Source: a virus (lineage: Duplodnaviria > Heunggongvirae > Uroviricota > Caudoviricetes). From it: 64,000 bases of DNA. The notes under the pieces were generated by a model, which did no database searches, had not been told where the DNA came from, and was given only the letters and a program-made list of their open reading frames with translations. Both the position numbers and the translations under genes were made by a program. The stretch spans positions 1 to 64,000 of IMG/VR virus record IMGVR_UViG_3300046507_000435; one strand, 5' to 3'. This document shows, piece after piece, positions 8,891-17,595 of the stretch (position 1 is its first letter; each line of letters opens with the position of its first letter).

Positions 8891-9115
8891 TTAGAAAGTG
8901 AACAGTGGGGCCGATGGCTGGGCCAGTGGCTGGCGCGGGCCGTGGTGTTGGTCGTTGATGATCAGCACGGCGGCCGCCACCACCACCCAGATCGCCACCC
9001 AGACCAGCTTTTCCTTGCGGGGCATGGGGTGGAGGCAGGGCGGGTAAGGGGCGCCGAGTGGTGTTGAGGCGGTCATGCTGTACTCCAGTGAGCTAACGGG
9101 AGGGCAAAGCGGCAA
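8891..9115 (-). CDS. small membrane protein
   Basis: A single strongly hydrophobic helix (LVWVAIWVVVAAAVLII). First gene of the leftward operon. An AT-rich promoter region lies upstream (9230-9320). Confidence 0.4.
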   Translation of the reverse strand: MPLCPPVSSLEYSMTASTPLGAPYPPCLHPMPRKEKLVWVAIWVVVAAAVLIINDQHHGPRQPLAQPSAPLFTF

Positions 9116-9325
9116 GAGATAAGGCGGCCTACGTTCCCTGGCCGTCGAGGGTATGGGCCTATCCCTGCCCTCTGACCCGTCGGCCGCCTTATCTCTTGCG
9201 CCTTGCCCGGAATGTTGTAGGCAAGTGGAAAACTACAACTTTTAATTGCAACACAGGCGAGTATATATCAATTTTTTATTGTAATCACGCGGCTTCGTTG
9301 GAGTCTTTCCAATAGGTAACAAAAA

Positions 9326-10387
9326 GTGGCTGTTTTCGTTGTTGATAAGGCTATATACTTCCGCGATAACCCGGAGAAACAACTTATGCTAGGGAGCTTG
9401 CCGCTCTACCGCCATCCCACCATCACTGTCCTGATCGAGGGATCACACGAAGCCGTCGATGCCCTGTGGGCTCGGCTGGACCCTGCGCTCATGGTCCATG
9501 TGGCGGCCGATCCCGCCGCCGCCCAGGCGAGCATCGAGATCAGCACGGAGGCGCTGCATCAGCTGGGCGACCCGATCGTGTTGCTGGACCCGGACATGGT
9601 CAGCGCCGCTGCCGCGCTGGACGATCGCCTGCACTCCATTTACCGCTACATCGCGGGGCCGCAGCGCTTCTGCGCGCCGGCCGTGGTGGTGGTCGAGTAT
9701 GATGCCGCCAGCCGCGGCATGGTGGCCTGCGAGGAAGTGTCGAGCGTGCCAGGCAAAAAGATCTGGTACACCGCCTCCAGCAACAGCCAGGAGGGCATCG
9801 ATGCCTTCAATCAGCGCTGGATCGATCGCTTTGTGCGCAATGACCAGGTGGAATCGGTGAGTCAGCTTGAGAAAGAGATAGTGGTTTTGCAGAATGAATA
9901 TTTCATGGACCGTTCGCGCCAGCTGGGCGAGGTCGAGGCCGACTCCGACGCCTACAGCTTCCTGTTCGACCCGGATTTTGTCGCATTGGTCGATGACCTG
10001 GCTGACCGCTACGGCTTTGTCGAGCATTACCTGTTCTGCGCGCCCAGCGGGTTGCTGTTCTTTGATGCCGACGCCAATCCCACCTTGATGGCGGTGCACA
10101 CCGAGGACAGCATGGTGCGCCAGTTCGAACTGGCGCGGGATCTGAGCGCCCCGGCCGACCTGCTGCAGGACATTTTCGAGTGCCGGGTGGTGCCGTTTTG
10201 TCTGGAGGCGATCGGCGCCGCGCCGCAGGCCGATGCGGGCGCGCTGGAGCGCGGCTGCCGGCCGGCGTCGGTTTGTCGCGGCCGGATGGACTATTACTGG
10301 GCCTTGTTCGATCTGCCGCCGGCGTTCCGCAAGGCGGAACCATTTTCCCATGCGCGCTTCATGCGCGACTACAGCGCGGTCGCCTAG
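9326..10387 (+). CDS. hypothetical protein with an N-terminal receiver-like (CheY-like) segment
   Basis: 353 aa, D/E/F/Y-rich and normal-looking. ITVLIEGSHEA and DPIVLLDPDM resemble receiver beta1/beta3 strands, a weak match. The antisense ORF 9443..10351 is R-rich. Convergent with the luxR-family gene. Confidence 0.5.
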   Translation: MAVFVVDKAIYFRDNPEKQLMLGSLPLYRHPTITVLIEGSHEAVDALWARLDPALMVHVAADPAAAQASIEISTEALHQLGDPIVLLDPDMVSAAAALDDRLHSIYRYIAGPQRFCAPAVVVVEYDAASRGMVACEEVSSVPGKKIWYTASSNSQEGIDAFNQRWIDRFVRNDQVESVSQLEKEIVVLQNEYFMDRSRQLGEVEADSDAYSFLFDPDFVALVDDLADRYGFVEHYLFCAPSGLLFFDADANPTLMAVHTEDSMVRQFELARDLSAPADLLQDIFECRVVPFCLEAIGAAPQADAGALERGCRPASVCRGRMDYYWALFDLPPAFRKAEPFSHARFMRDYSAVA

Positions 10388-11559
10388 CGCGTTTCCCGGC
10401 TGATCAGCCCCATGCGCAGCGCCACGTCGACCAGTTGCGGCGTGGTGTCGGCGCCCAGCTTCTTCTTCATGAACTTGATGCGCCGATCGATGGTGGGGAT
10501 GCTCATCGCCGTGATGGCGGCAATTTCCTTGCGCCCCTTGCCGCCCAGCATCAACCCGATAATTTCGATGTCATTCTCGGGCAGCGCGCGCTCATAGCGC
10601 GAGGTGGCGTAGCGCGCCGGGCTGGCCAGCATGCGCTGCATCAGCTGGTGCGCCAAGGCGGCGAGGCGGCGCAAATTTGGCTCGATGCCGGCCAGCTCAT
10701 GGTCACTGATGGCGGCGTCCGGGCGCGACAGCACCAGGGCCGCCGTGCCGTCGGTGGAGCGCATCAGCCAGCCCGACCCAATGCCATTCTCCATGGCCAG
10801 CGTCCAGAAGGCGGCGTTTTTGCCGCGTTGCTCACGCGCGCTCCATGCGGCCGGCCCCAGCCCGCCATGCAGGCGCGGGTCGATCATGATCAGGTGTTCG
10901 CGCTGATAGACCTCCTGCCACCGCCCCAGAAAATTGTCTTCCACCACCAGCGCGCCCGGATCGAGTGGGTCATGGGCCAGTGCCAGCGTGTGGTTAAAGC
11001 CAAAGCGCTCGCGCGCCAATTTGGCGATCTGCGAGAACTGTTTATTGTCGGGCAGCTGCGCCAGGCCCGGCAACACCCTGTCGGCCCATGCCTCGGTGCC
11101 GTCGCGGTGATCTGGATGGGTGGGGGGTAGGTCGGGGATGACCGCAATGTTGGTCACCGGCATCGGCTGCGACGCCGGCCTGGCCGGGCGCGCCGGTGCA
11201 GCTGTGATCGGGTGCCACTGGCGGCGGCGGCGGATCTTGTTCAATGCAAAACAGGTCAGGGCGTCTTGCGGCAGGGCAGTCTGCCCATCGGGCGCCAGCA
11301 GGACGATATTCGATTCAATGCCATCCGCGGTGACCACGAAATCATGGGCGCGCTCATCGTAGTACCAATGCCAGCGTAGCCAAACCGGCGCATGTTGCGG
11401 TCCCAGCCACTCGCAATGGCCCGCCATCTTGGCAGGCAGCATGCGCCGCAGCTGGAGCAACATGGCGTCATCCAGCTCGGTCGAAATTCGGCGCGGGAGC
11501 AGGGCGGCGAGGTCTTTGCGAGTGATGCGAACTGCGGTTTCGTGGGTGTTGCCGGTCAT
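10384..11559 (-). CDS. LuxR-family autoinducer-binding transcriptional regulator (possible internal start at 11163)
   Basis: C-terminal LPENDIEIIGLMLGGKGRKEIAAITAMSIPTIDRRIKFMKKKLGADT is a LuxR-type HTH (GerE). The preceding about 170 aa (QFSQIAKLARERFGFNHTLALAH...AAFWTLAMENGIGSGWLM) look like an autoinducer-binding domain. The ORF also carries a 130-aa N-terminal extension. Confidence 0.75.
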   Translation of the reverse strand: MTGNTHETAVRITRKDLAALLPRRISTELDDAMLLQLRRMLPAKMAGHCEWLGPQHAPVWLRWHWYYDERAHDFVVTADGIESNIVLLAPDGQTALPQDALTCFALNKIRRRRQWHPITAAPARPARPASQPMPVTNIAVIPDLPPTHPDHRDGTEAWADRVLPGLAQLPDNKQFSQIAKLARERFGFNHTLALAHDPLDPGALVVEDNFLGRWQEVYQREHLIMIDPRLHGGLGPAAWSAREQRGKNAAFWTLAMENGIGSGWLMRSTDGTAALVLSRPDAAISDHELAGIEPNLRRLAALAHQLMQRMLASPARYATSRYERALPENDIEIIGLMLGGKGRKEIAAITAMSIPTIDRRIKFMKKKLGADTTPQLVDVALRMGLISRETR

Positions 11560-11771
11560 TTTGAACTTGGTCTACGTCAAAGCGGATGGCAGTGTACCGT
11601 AGAAAACGAGTGTTGAATATCGGAAATTTTGTGCCGGCTGATAGCTTACTATCACGTTACAAGTTTTGCAATCGGGTTGGATGATAGTTAACAGCTGTTG
11701 CAATGAATTCACGAATGCTGCAAAGTGCCTACTTGTTTTTTTAATGCAACTAATTTTGGCAAGGCGATCGC

Positions 11772-12026
11772 ATGGCACATGGCAGCGTAGGCAACGGCGC
11801 AAGCTTGAATGGAATGGATTTTGGCGCGATGACGCAGGACGAGGCGCGTTCGTTCATGAACGGCTGTTTTGACAAGATGACGACCGCCTCGCGCGTCTAT
11901 GTGATGGGGGTCATGCTGGCCTGCAGCACCCAGTTTCCCAGCGCGGCGCCAGCGCATGGGCACACGCCGGCGCCCAAGCCAGTCCGCTTGCGCCTAGTGC
12001 AGGCTAGCGGCGGGCTTCGCGGGTAA
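11772..12026 (+). CDS. small ORF divergent from luxR and abutting the repressor gene (candidate LuxR-controlled effector)
   Basis: 84 aa, Met/Cys-containing and coding-like. Divergent from luxR across a 212-bp AT-rich intergenic region containing palindromes. Its 3' end overlaps the convergent cI-like gene. Confidence 0.35.
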   Translation: MAHGSVGNGASLNGMDFGAMTQDEARSFMNGCFDKMTTASRVYVMGVMLACSTQFPSAAPAHGHTPAPKPVRLRLVQASGGLRG

Positions 12027-12422
12027 TTCTTCGGCAGGCTTCTTCTGGATCATCGCGGCCGACAGCAGCAGCTGCTGCTTGCCCAAGTCGGTACCTTCAC
12101 GGAAGTGCGACAGCAGCACCGCCTCCTGCACCGTATCGACGTACATCAGCAGCAGCGGCGGTACCGCTGGCGGCGGTGGTGGCGGCAGTTGCTCCGGTGC
12201 CTCGCCGAAACGCAGGTAGGTTGGCGTGGTGTGCAGAAAGGCGGCGATTTTCGGCAGCAGCTTCGCGCGCGGGTACTGTTCCCCGGCCAGCCACTTGCTG
12301 ACCGCTTGCGGGGTGCAGCCGGCGGCGCGCGCCAGCGCCGACTGGTTGCCCTCGGCGTGTTGGTCGAGCAACTTCTGCAGTCGCGCCGCAAACTCGGCCA
12401 ATTCAACATTTGATGTGTTCAT
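11994..12422 (-). CDS. CI-like XRE-family HTH repressor without a peptidase domain
   Basis: LARAAGCTPQAVSKWLAGEQYP is the HTH_3 signature. A poly-Pro linker follows (PPPPPPAVPP). Only 142 aa, with no S24 LexA-like C-terminal domain. Divergent from the cII-like gene. Confidence 0.7.
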   Translation of the reverse strand: MNTSNVELAEFAARLQKLLDQHAEGNQSALARAAGCTPQAVSKWLAGEQYPRAKLLPKIAAFLHTTPTYLRFGEAPEQLPPPPPPAVPPLLLMYVDTVQEAVLLSHFREGTDLGKQQLLLSAAMIQKKPAEELPAKPAASLH

Positions 12423-12613
12423 TGCAATAGATTACAACGTTTCGTTACATCCCGCACTTCAATAATTAATTGTAGAAACTGGCGTGACATTGTAATATTT
12501 CGTTTAATAAATTTACCAGATGGAAACAGCCCTTGGAATGAGGGGATTTTGCCGCGCGCGCACGGCCCCATCGGGCATCAGGGTTTAACTTTTTACTAAC
12601 AGGCAGGCTTGCA

Positions 12614-12928
12614 ATGACCGACGTACCCGCAACACCGACCAACGAAGAATCCAGTCTTGACTACTCCCGGCTCCCCATGTTCGGCGAGGACGAAGTATCA
12701 CCGGAAATCATTGATCGCACGCGCAAAAACAGCGCGATTATTTTGCAAAGTTTGAACAACCTGGGCGCCAGCCGCATCGCTCGCATCATGGGCATCCATG
12801 ATTCCGCCATTTCCCGCTTCAAGACCCACGGCATGCTGATGTGGGTGAGTCGCCTGTTCGCATGCCTGGGCCTGAAGATCGTGCCAGAGTCGGCCATCGT
12901 CTACCTGCAGCCCGAGGAATACAAATGA
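12614..12928 (+). CDS. CII-like transcriptional activator
   Basis: LGASRIARIMGIHDSAISRFKTHGMLMWVSRLFACLGLKIV parallels lambda CII (GVDKSQISRWKRD...FSMLLAVLEWGV). The position divergent from the repressor fits. Confidence 0.45.
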   Translation: MTDVPATPTNEESSLDYSRLPMFGEDEVSPEIIDRTRKNSAIILQSLNNLGASRIARIMGIHDSAISRFKTHGMLMWVSRLFACLGLKIVPESAIVYLQPEEYK

Positions 12929-13054
12929 CCGCCCGGCCGTCGCCAGACGCGCAGGGCGCCACCGCGCCGGATGTCATTCCGGTCGAGCCGGCCCATGTCA
13001 TGCGGCCGGAGCAATACGCCCAGCAGCAGCGCCAACAGGCGTAAATCGCTGGAC

Positions 13055-13092
13055 GAAAAAAAACCCGGCGGCAACCGGGTTTCCCTTTACTT
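13055..13092. terminator. rho-independent terminator (A-tract / hairpin / T-tract)
   Basis: AAAAAAAACCCGG-cggcaa-CCGGGTTTCCCTTTAC after the cII-like operon. Confidence 0.45.
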
Positions 13093-13099
13093 CTAACCC

Positions 13100-13441
13100 A
13101 TGAGAACTATGGATAAGCAAATTCTACCAGAGCGGGCCAACCCGGCCGAGCAAATTGCATTACGCACAATTGCGGACAGTCGCGGTGGCTTGACCATCAA
13201 GGCCATCCAAGAACAGAACGGCGGCCGCTCAGGCATCTTGCAAGCGGTCCTGCGCAGCGCGCTCGACCAGCTCGTTGCAGAAGAGATTCTGGAATGCGAG
13301 AAGCCCAGCCGCGGCCCCGCCATCTACTTTCTGCCATATCAGAAACCGAGCCCCTGCCTTAAAAGCATACCGGCAGCTAAAGCGCGACCCATCCGTGTGC
13401 CGCAATGCAACTGGCTGGCTGCATTGGGAGTTCAGGCATGA
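13100..13441 (+). CDS. hypothetical phage protein
   Basis: 113 aa. Stop overlaps the MTase start (ATGA). Confidence 0.4.
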   Translation: MRTMDKQILPERANPAEQIALRTIADSRGGLTIKAIQEQNGGRSGILQAVLRSALDQLVAEEILECEKPSRGPAIYFLPYQKPSPCLKSIPAAKARPIRVPQCNWLAALGVQA

Positions 13442-15297
13442 AGCGCGATGCCTTTACCGAACCGCTCGATCTGGGCCACGAAGGCTTGGCGGACAACTTC
13501 GCCGGCGGCGGCGGCGCCAGCACCGCGATTGCCATGGCGTTCGGCCGTGAGCCCGATATCGCCATCAACCACGATGGCGAGGCCTTGTGCATGCACGCCG
13601 CTAACCATCCGACCACCCATCACATCCGTGAAGACGTGTTTCTGATCGATCCCGCCAAGGTCACTCGCAATAACCCGGTCGGCATGGTCTGGTTCTCGCC
13701 GACCTGTACGCACTTTTCCAAGGCCAAGGGCGACAACATCCTGAATCAGAAGATGCGCGGCCTGGCTTGGGTGGTCTTTAAATGGTGTGCGTATGTAGTC
13801 CCCCGGACGATGTTCTTGGAAAACGTCGAGGAATTCATTACCTGGGGGCCACTGGATAGCAAAGGCAAGCCGATCAAGGAATTTAGCGGCCGCACCTTCC
13901 GAGCCTTCATCGATGTACTGACCACCGGCATTGCGCCGGATCACCCCGACCTGCAGGAAATTATGGAAACGCTGGGGGACGCCTTCCCTTGCTCACTGCT
14001 GTTGCGCGGGTTTGGCTACACCGTCGAATGGCGTAACCTTTTCGCCCATCACTTCGGCGCCGGCACCCGCCGCAAACGCCTGTACATGGTAATGCGCCGC
14101 GACGGCCTGCCGATCTGCTGGCCTGAACGTACCCACGGCCCGGCCGACTCGCAGGAAGTACGCAGCGGGAAATGGCTGCCCGAGGATATCACCGGCAACA
14201 ACATCGACTGGTCGATTCCATGCAAGTCCATCCTGTTCGGCCGTAAGAAGGATCTGGTTCCGCCGACGCTGCGCCGCATCGGTCGCGGCTTTGAGCTGTT
14301 CGTCAAGGACACCGACAATCCTTACATCGTCAACGACAAGATCGCCGCTGCAGTGGTTCAGACCGGATACGGCGAAGCTCCCGGACAGAAGCCGCGCGTC
14401 ATGGACATCCGCCAGCCGCTGACCACCGTAGTCGCCGGCGGCGGCAAGCACGCAGTGATGGCCGCGCATATCACAAAATTCAAGACGGGCAGCACCGGCC
14501 ACCGCCTTGACGAGCCACTGGCCACCATCACCTCCGGCGGCGGCGCCAAGCGTCCGGCCGGCGCCGCGCATGGCCTGGGGCTGGTCGCCGCCTCGCTGAT
14601 CCAGTATTACTCCGGCGGCGGCCAGAACAGCGGCGTCGATCAGCCGCTGCCCACTATCGTTACCAAGGGCCGCATGGGCCTGACGTGCACGACATTGCAG
14701 GCCGCGCACCTGGTTGGCATCGACAACCAGAGCAACAAGAGCGGGAGCTGGTCCGCCGCCGATCCGTTGACCACCATCACCACCGAAAACCGTCACGCGG
14801 TCGTGGTGAGCAATCTGGTCAAGCTGCGCGGCACCAGCCACGCGGCAGCGGCGAACGAGCCTTTAGGGACCATCAGCGCCGGCGGGTTGCATCACGGCGA
14901 GGTGCGCACCACCCTGGCTGAAGCCGAGCACGAGGCAGATGCCGAGTACCTGACGCGCCGCCAGAAGATCCGTGAATTCCTGTGGGAATACTGCCCGAGC
15001 CTGGAGGGCGTCGATCGTCCGGAGCTGGTCATGATTCGCGGTGTGCTGATGGAAGTCACCGACATCGGCCTGCGCATGCTGACACCGCGCGAGCTGGCCA
15101 ACTGCCAAGGTTTCCCACGCGACTACATTCTTGACCCGTACCACACCTACACCAACAAGCGCGGAAAAACGGTCACGAAACGGCTCCCGCAGCACGCCCA
15201 GGTACGCATGATCGGTAACAGCGTTTCGCCGCCGCCGGCCGTCGCCCTGATGCGCGCCAATATCCAGCATGAAGTCATGATGGCGAGGGCTGCATGA
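13438..15297 (+). CDS. DNA (cytosine-5) methyltransferase with a repeat-containing target-recognition region
   Basis: Motif I FAGGGG, motif IV SPTCTHFSKAKG (Pro-Cys), motif VI ENVEEF, C-terminal QGFPRDY and IGNSVSPP. The central region has five ~30-aa repeats of the form (Q/E/D)PL.TI..GG. Confidence 0.9.
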   Translation: MKRDAFTEPLDLGHEGLADNFAGGGGASTAIAMAFGREPDIAINHDGEALCMHAANHPTTHHIREDVFLIDPAKVTRNNPVGMVWFSPTCTHFSKAKGDNILNQKMRGLAWVVFKWCAYVVPRTMFLENVEEFITWGPLDSKGKPIKEFSGRTFRAFIDVLTTGIAPDHPDLQEIMETLGDAFPCSLLLRGFGYTVEWRNLFAHHFGAGTRRKRLYMVMRRDGLPICWPERTHGPADSQEVRSGKWLPEDITGNNIDWSIPCKSILFGRKKDLVPPTLRRIGRGFELFVKDTDNPYIVNDKIAAAVVQTGYGEAPGQKPRVMDIRQPLTTVVAGGGKHAVMAAHITKFKTGSTGHRLDEPLATITSGGGAKRPAGAAHGLGLVAASLIQYYSGGGQNSGVDQPLPTIVTKGRMGLTCTTLQAAHLVGIDNQSNKSGSWSAADPLTTITTENRHAVVVSNLVKLRGTSHAAAANEPLGTISAGGLHHGEVRTTLAEAEHEADAEYLTRRQKIREFLWEYCPSLEGVDRPELVMIRGVLMEVTDIGLRMLTPRELANCQGFPRDYILDPYHTYTNKRGKTVTKRLPQHAQVRMIGNSVSPPPAVALMRANIQHEVMMARAA

Positions 15298-15476
15298 GCG
15301 CCTTATTAGTCGGCTACACCACCAGCATCGACGTCTTCCGCGCGCGCACCGCCACCATGCGCCCGACCGTGCTGCGCAAGAAGACGTGCCGCTGCGGCCT
15401 GGCCGCCAATGCCAAGCAGTTGGCCCAGTATGGCCGCTGCGTGCGCTGCGTCAGGGAGAACAAGACATGGGCCTGA
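15294..15476 (+). CDS. small Cys-rich (zinc-ribbon-like) protein
   Basis: 60 aa with CRCG...CVRC. ATGA overlaps on both sides. May be a separate mini-gene or an N-terminal extension of the next gene. Confidence 0.3.
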   Translation: MSALLVGYTTSIDVFRARTATMRPTVLRKKTCRCGLAANAKQLAQYGRCVRCVRENKTWA

Positions 15477-15901
15477 CCCGATCACCGATGAAGCCCAGCT
15501 CCAAACCCATGACGCGCAGCCCGATGTTGCGCGGCACGTCCCAGCTGACTCGCACGCCCATGGCACGCGGCACCAGCCGCATGAAGACGCGGCGCCGCAA
15601 GCTCACCCCGATCCAGCAGTCTGCCCGGGAAGAGGATTGCACGCTGCGCTTCTGGTTCTGCCGCAATCAGCGCGACACCGTGGTCTGGTGCCACTCCAAC
15701 CGGCTGGCGGACGGCAAGGGCATGGGCCTGAAGGCAAACGATCAAGCCGGCTGCTATGGCTGCAGCCTGTGTCACGCCTATCTGGATGGCGGCTGGGCAT
15801 CCGACCCGGCCATGACGTACGAGCTGGTGCAGGAACGATTTGAACAAGCGCGCCTTGAGAGCAGCGCAAAACTACAGCACAAAGGATTAGTTGCACAATG
15901 A
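15467..15901 (+). CDS. DUF1364 / YbcO-like phage protein (putative nuclease)
   Basis: DCTLRFWFCRNQRDTVVWCHSN...GCYGCSLCHAYLDGG parallels YbcO (ECQVRIPGVCNGNPETSVLAHIR...ACSACHDEID). The N-terminus has SPM/RGTS repeats. Confidence 0.5.
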   Translation: MGLTRSPMKPSSKPMTRSPMLRGTSQLTRTPMARGTSRMKTRRRKLTPIQQSAREEDCTLRFWFCRNQRDTVVWCHSNRLADGKGMGLKANDQAGCYGCSLCHAYLDGGWASDPAMTYELVQERFEQARLESSAKLQHKGLVAQ

Positions 15902-16659
15902 GTATTCACTTGATGACCCTGGCATGGCGATCCGGCGCGAAGACCGGCCAGAAAATGGTGTTGCTGGCCCTGGCTGACAACGCCAACGACCAGTACGAAT
16001 GTTATCCCTCGATCCGCATGATTGCGCGCAAGTGCAGCATGTCGGAGCGGGCGGTTCAAGGCCACATTGCCGACATGGAGACAGCTGGCATAGTCCGGCG
16101 TGAATTCCGCCCTGGCCACAGCACCATGTACCACATCGAGCCCCGCAATTTCTGCACCCCCGCAGAATCTGCACCCCGTCGTAATCTGCACCCCTCCCCC
16201 GCAGAATCTGCACCACCACCCCCGCAGACTATGCACCCCGGGGGTGCAACTGCTGCACCCATAACCACCAGTAAACCATCAATTGAATCGTCAGTGAAAC
16301 AAAAGAAGGGCGGGCAAGCCGCCGCCGACAAGTTCGACCCGCTCGCCGCGTTGATCGCCGAAGGCGTGGATGCGCAGGCCGCTGCCGACTGGTTGGTCAT
16401 CCGCAAGGCCAAGCGCGCACCACTGACCGTGACGGCGCTGGCACAGACCAAGGAACAGGCCGAGCTGGCCAACATGACGCTGCAGCAGACGGTGCAGCTG
16501 TGCTGCAAGCGCGGCTGGCAAGGCTTTGAGGCCGAGTGGGTCGCGCCCCGCGCCGGCGGTCCGCTGGGTGCCCGTGGCGGCAGGACCAGCACCTTCGACC
16601 AAAGCATGGACGGCGCGGCCGCCGCCAAGCAGCGCCTGTTCGGGGGCGGCAATGGTTGA
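15898..16659 (+). CDS. lambda O-like replication initiator (N-terminal DnaD/O-type HTH)
   Basis: MVLLALADNANDQYECYPSIRMIARKCSMSERAVQGHIADMETAGIVRR resembles the lambda O N-terminal domain (LLAILRKTYGWNKP..ITKLPVKRCNEAKLELV). Iteron-like repeats lie inside a Pro-rich linker. Confidence 0.55.
   Translation: MSIHLMTLAWRSGAKTGQKMVLLALADNANDQYECYPSIRMIARKCSMSERAVQGHIADMETAGIVRREFRPGHSTMYHIEPRNFCTPAESAPRRNLHPSPAESAPPPPQTMHPGGATAAPITTSKPSIESSVKQKKGGQAAADKFDPLAALIAEGVDAQAAADWLVIRKAKRAPLTVTALAQTKEQAELANMTLQQTVQLCCKRGWQGFEAEWVAPRAGGPLGARGGRTSTFDQSMDGAAAAKQRLFGGGNG
16146..16260. repeat. iteron-like repeats inside the O-like gene (candidate phage lytic origin, ori-lambda style)
   Basis: TCTGCACC recurs at 16151, 16169, 16186 and 16208, with variants at 16229 and 16253. 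Spacing is 17-22 bp. The repeats encode the Pro-rich linker of the protein. Confidence 0.45.
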
Positions 16660-17329
16660 GGCCGATTACGACGCCTTCACGAACATGCTCAGCGCGATCG
16701 GCGACATGAAGCGACAGCCACAGTCCCAGTGGGCCTTCGGCGTCTGGTGGAAGGCGCTGGAGCACTACGACTTCCGTGCGGTCGATGATGCCCTGATCCG
16801 CCACGTGCAGAACCCGGACAACGGGCAGTACATGCCGACGCCGGCCGACATCATCAAGCTGATCGATGGCAGCAGCGTGGACGCGGCGATGGTGGCCTGG
16901 GCCAAGGTCGACCGCGCCGTGCGCACCATCGGTACCGGCCCGGACGTTGCCTTCGATGACATCATCATCCACCGCGTCCTGCACGACATGGGTGGCTGGA
17001 CCAAGATGGGAGACAAGGACGAGAAGGAGTGGCCCTTCGTGGCCAAGGAATTTACTACCCGCTACCGTGGCTGCCGCACCCGCGCCGAGCTGGGCGAGTG
17101 CCCGCCGATCCTCTCCGGCTTCTACAACATGCACAACGCCTCGATCGGTGGCTTCGCCCTGCAGCCCGTCCAGCTGATAGGCGACGCCAGCAAGGCGGCG
17201 GCCGTGGCGCGCGGCACCATCCGACTGATCGGCAGCGATCGCGGCGCGGCGCCTGCGCTGGAAAACCACGCCAACAACCGCAACACCCCTTCACTCAAAT
17301 TGCAGTATTTCAAGGAGCAAGCAGCATGA
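16651..17329 (+). CDS. putative replication protein (lambda P-like helicase loader)
   Basis: WAFGVWWKALEHYDFRAVDDALIRHVQNPDNGQYMPTPAD loosely parallels lambda P (RRQWVLAFRENGITTMEQVNAGMRVARRQNRPFLPSP). It immediately follows the O-like gene and its start overlaps that gene's stop. Confidence 0.35.
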
Positions 17330-17595
17330 CCATGAACACCACCACCACCAAAGCCACTGACCCGAACCGCCTGCTCGACCTCATCATCGAGAAAATGCAG
17401 CTGAAGAACGACGCCGCCCTGGCGCGCGCCTTCGGCGTGACGCCGGCGGTTATCAGCAAGACCCGCAGCTTCGTGGTGCCGTTCGGCCCGACCATGATGC
17501 TGCGCGCCCATGACCTGGCCGGCCTGACGCTGGACGAGATCCGCCGCCACCTCAACATGGCCCCATACCAGCGCGCCGACCGTGCCGCTGTGTGA
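17326..17595 (+). CDS. small putative HTH DNA-binding protein
   Basis: 89 aa. AALARAFGVTPAVISKTRS is HTH-like. Translationally coupled to the previous gene. Confidence 0.4.
   Translation: MTMNTTTTKATDPNRLLDLIIEKMQLKNDAALARAFGVTPAVISKTRSFVVPFGPTMMLRAHDLAGLTLDEIRRHLNMAPYQRADRAAV

Noticed and set aside
9443-11130. Long antisense ORFs 9443..10351 (-) and 10180..11130 (+)
   Set aside because: Arg/Gly/His-rich with no hydrophobic core pattern. They lie opposite protein-like genes (the receiver-like protein and LuxR). They are typical high-GC artefacts.
13993-14841. 282-aa minus ORF inside the C5-MTase gene
   Set aside because: Antisense to a gene with complete canonical MTase motifs. Composition is Ala/Gly/Arg-rich.
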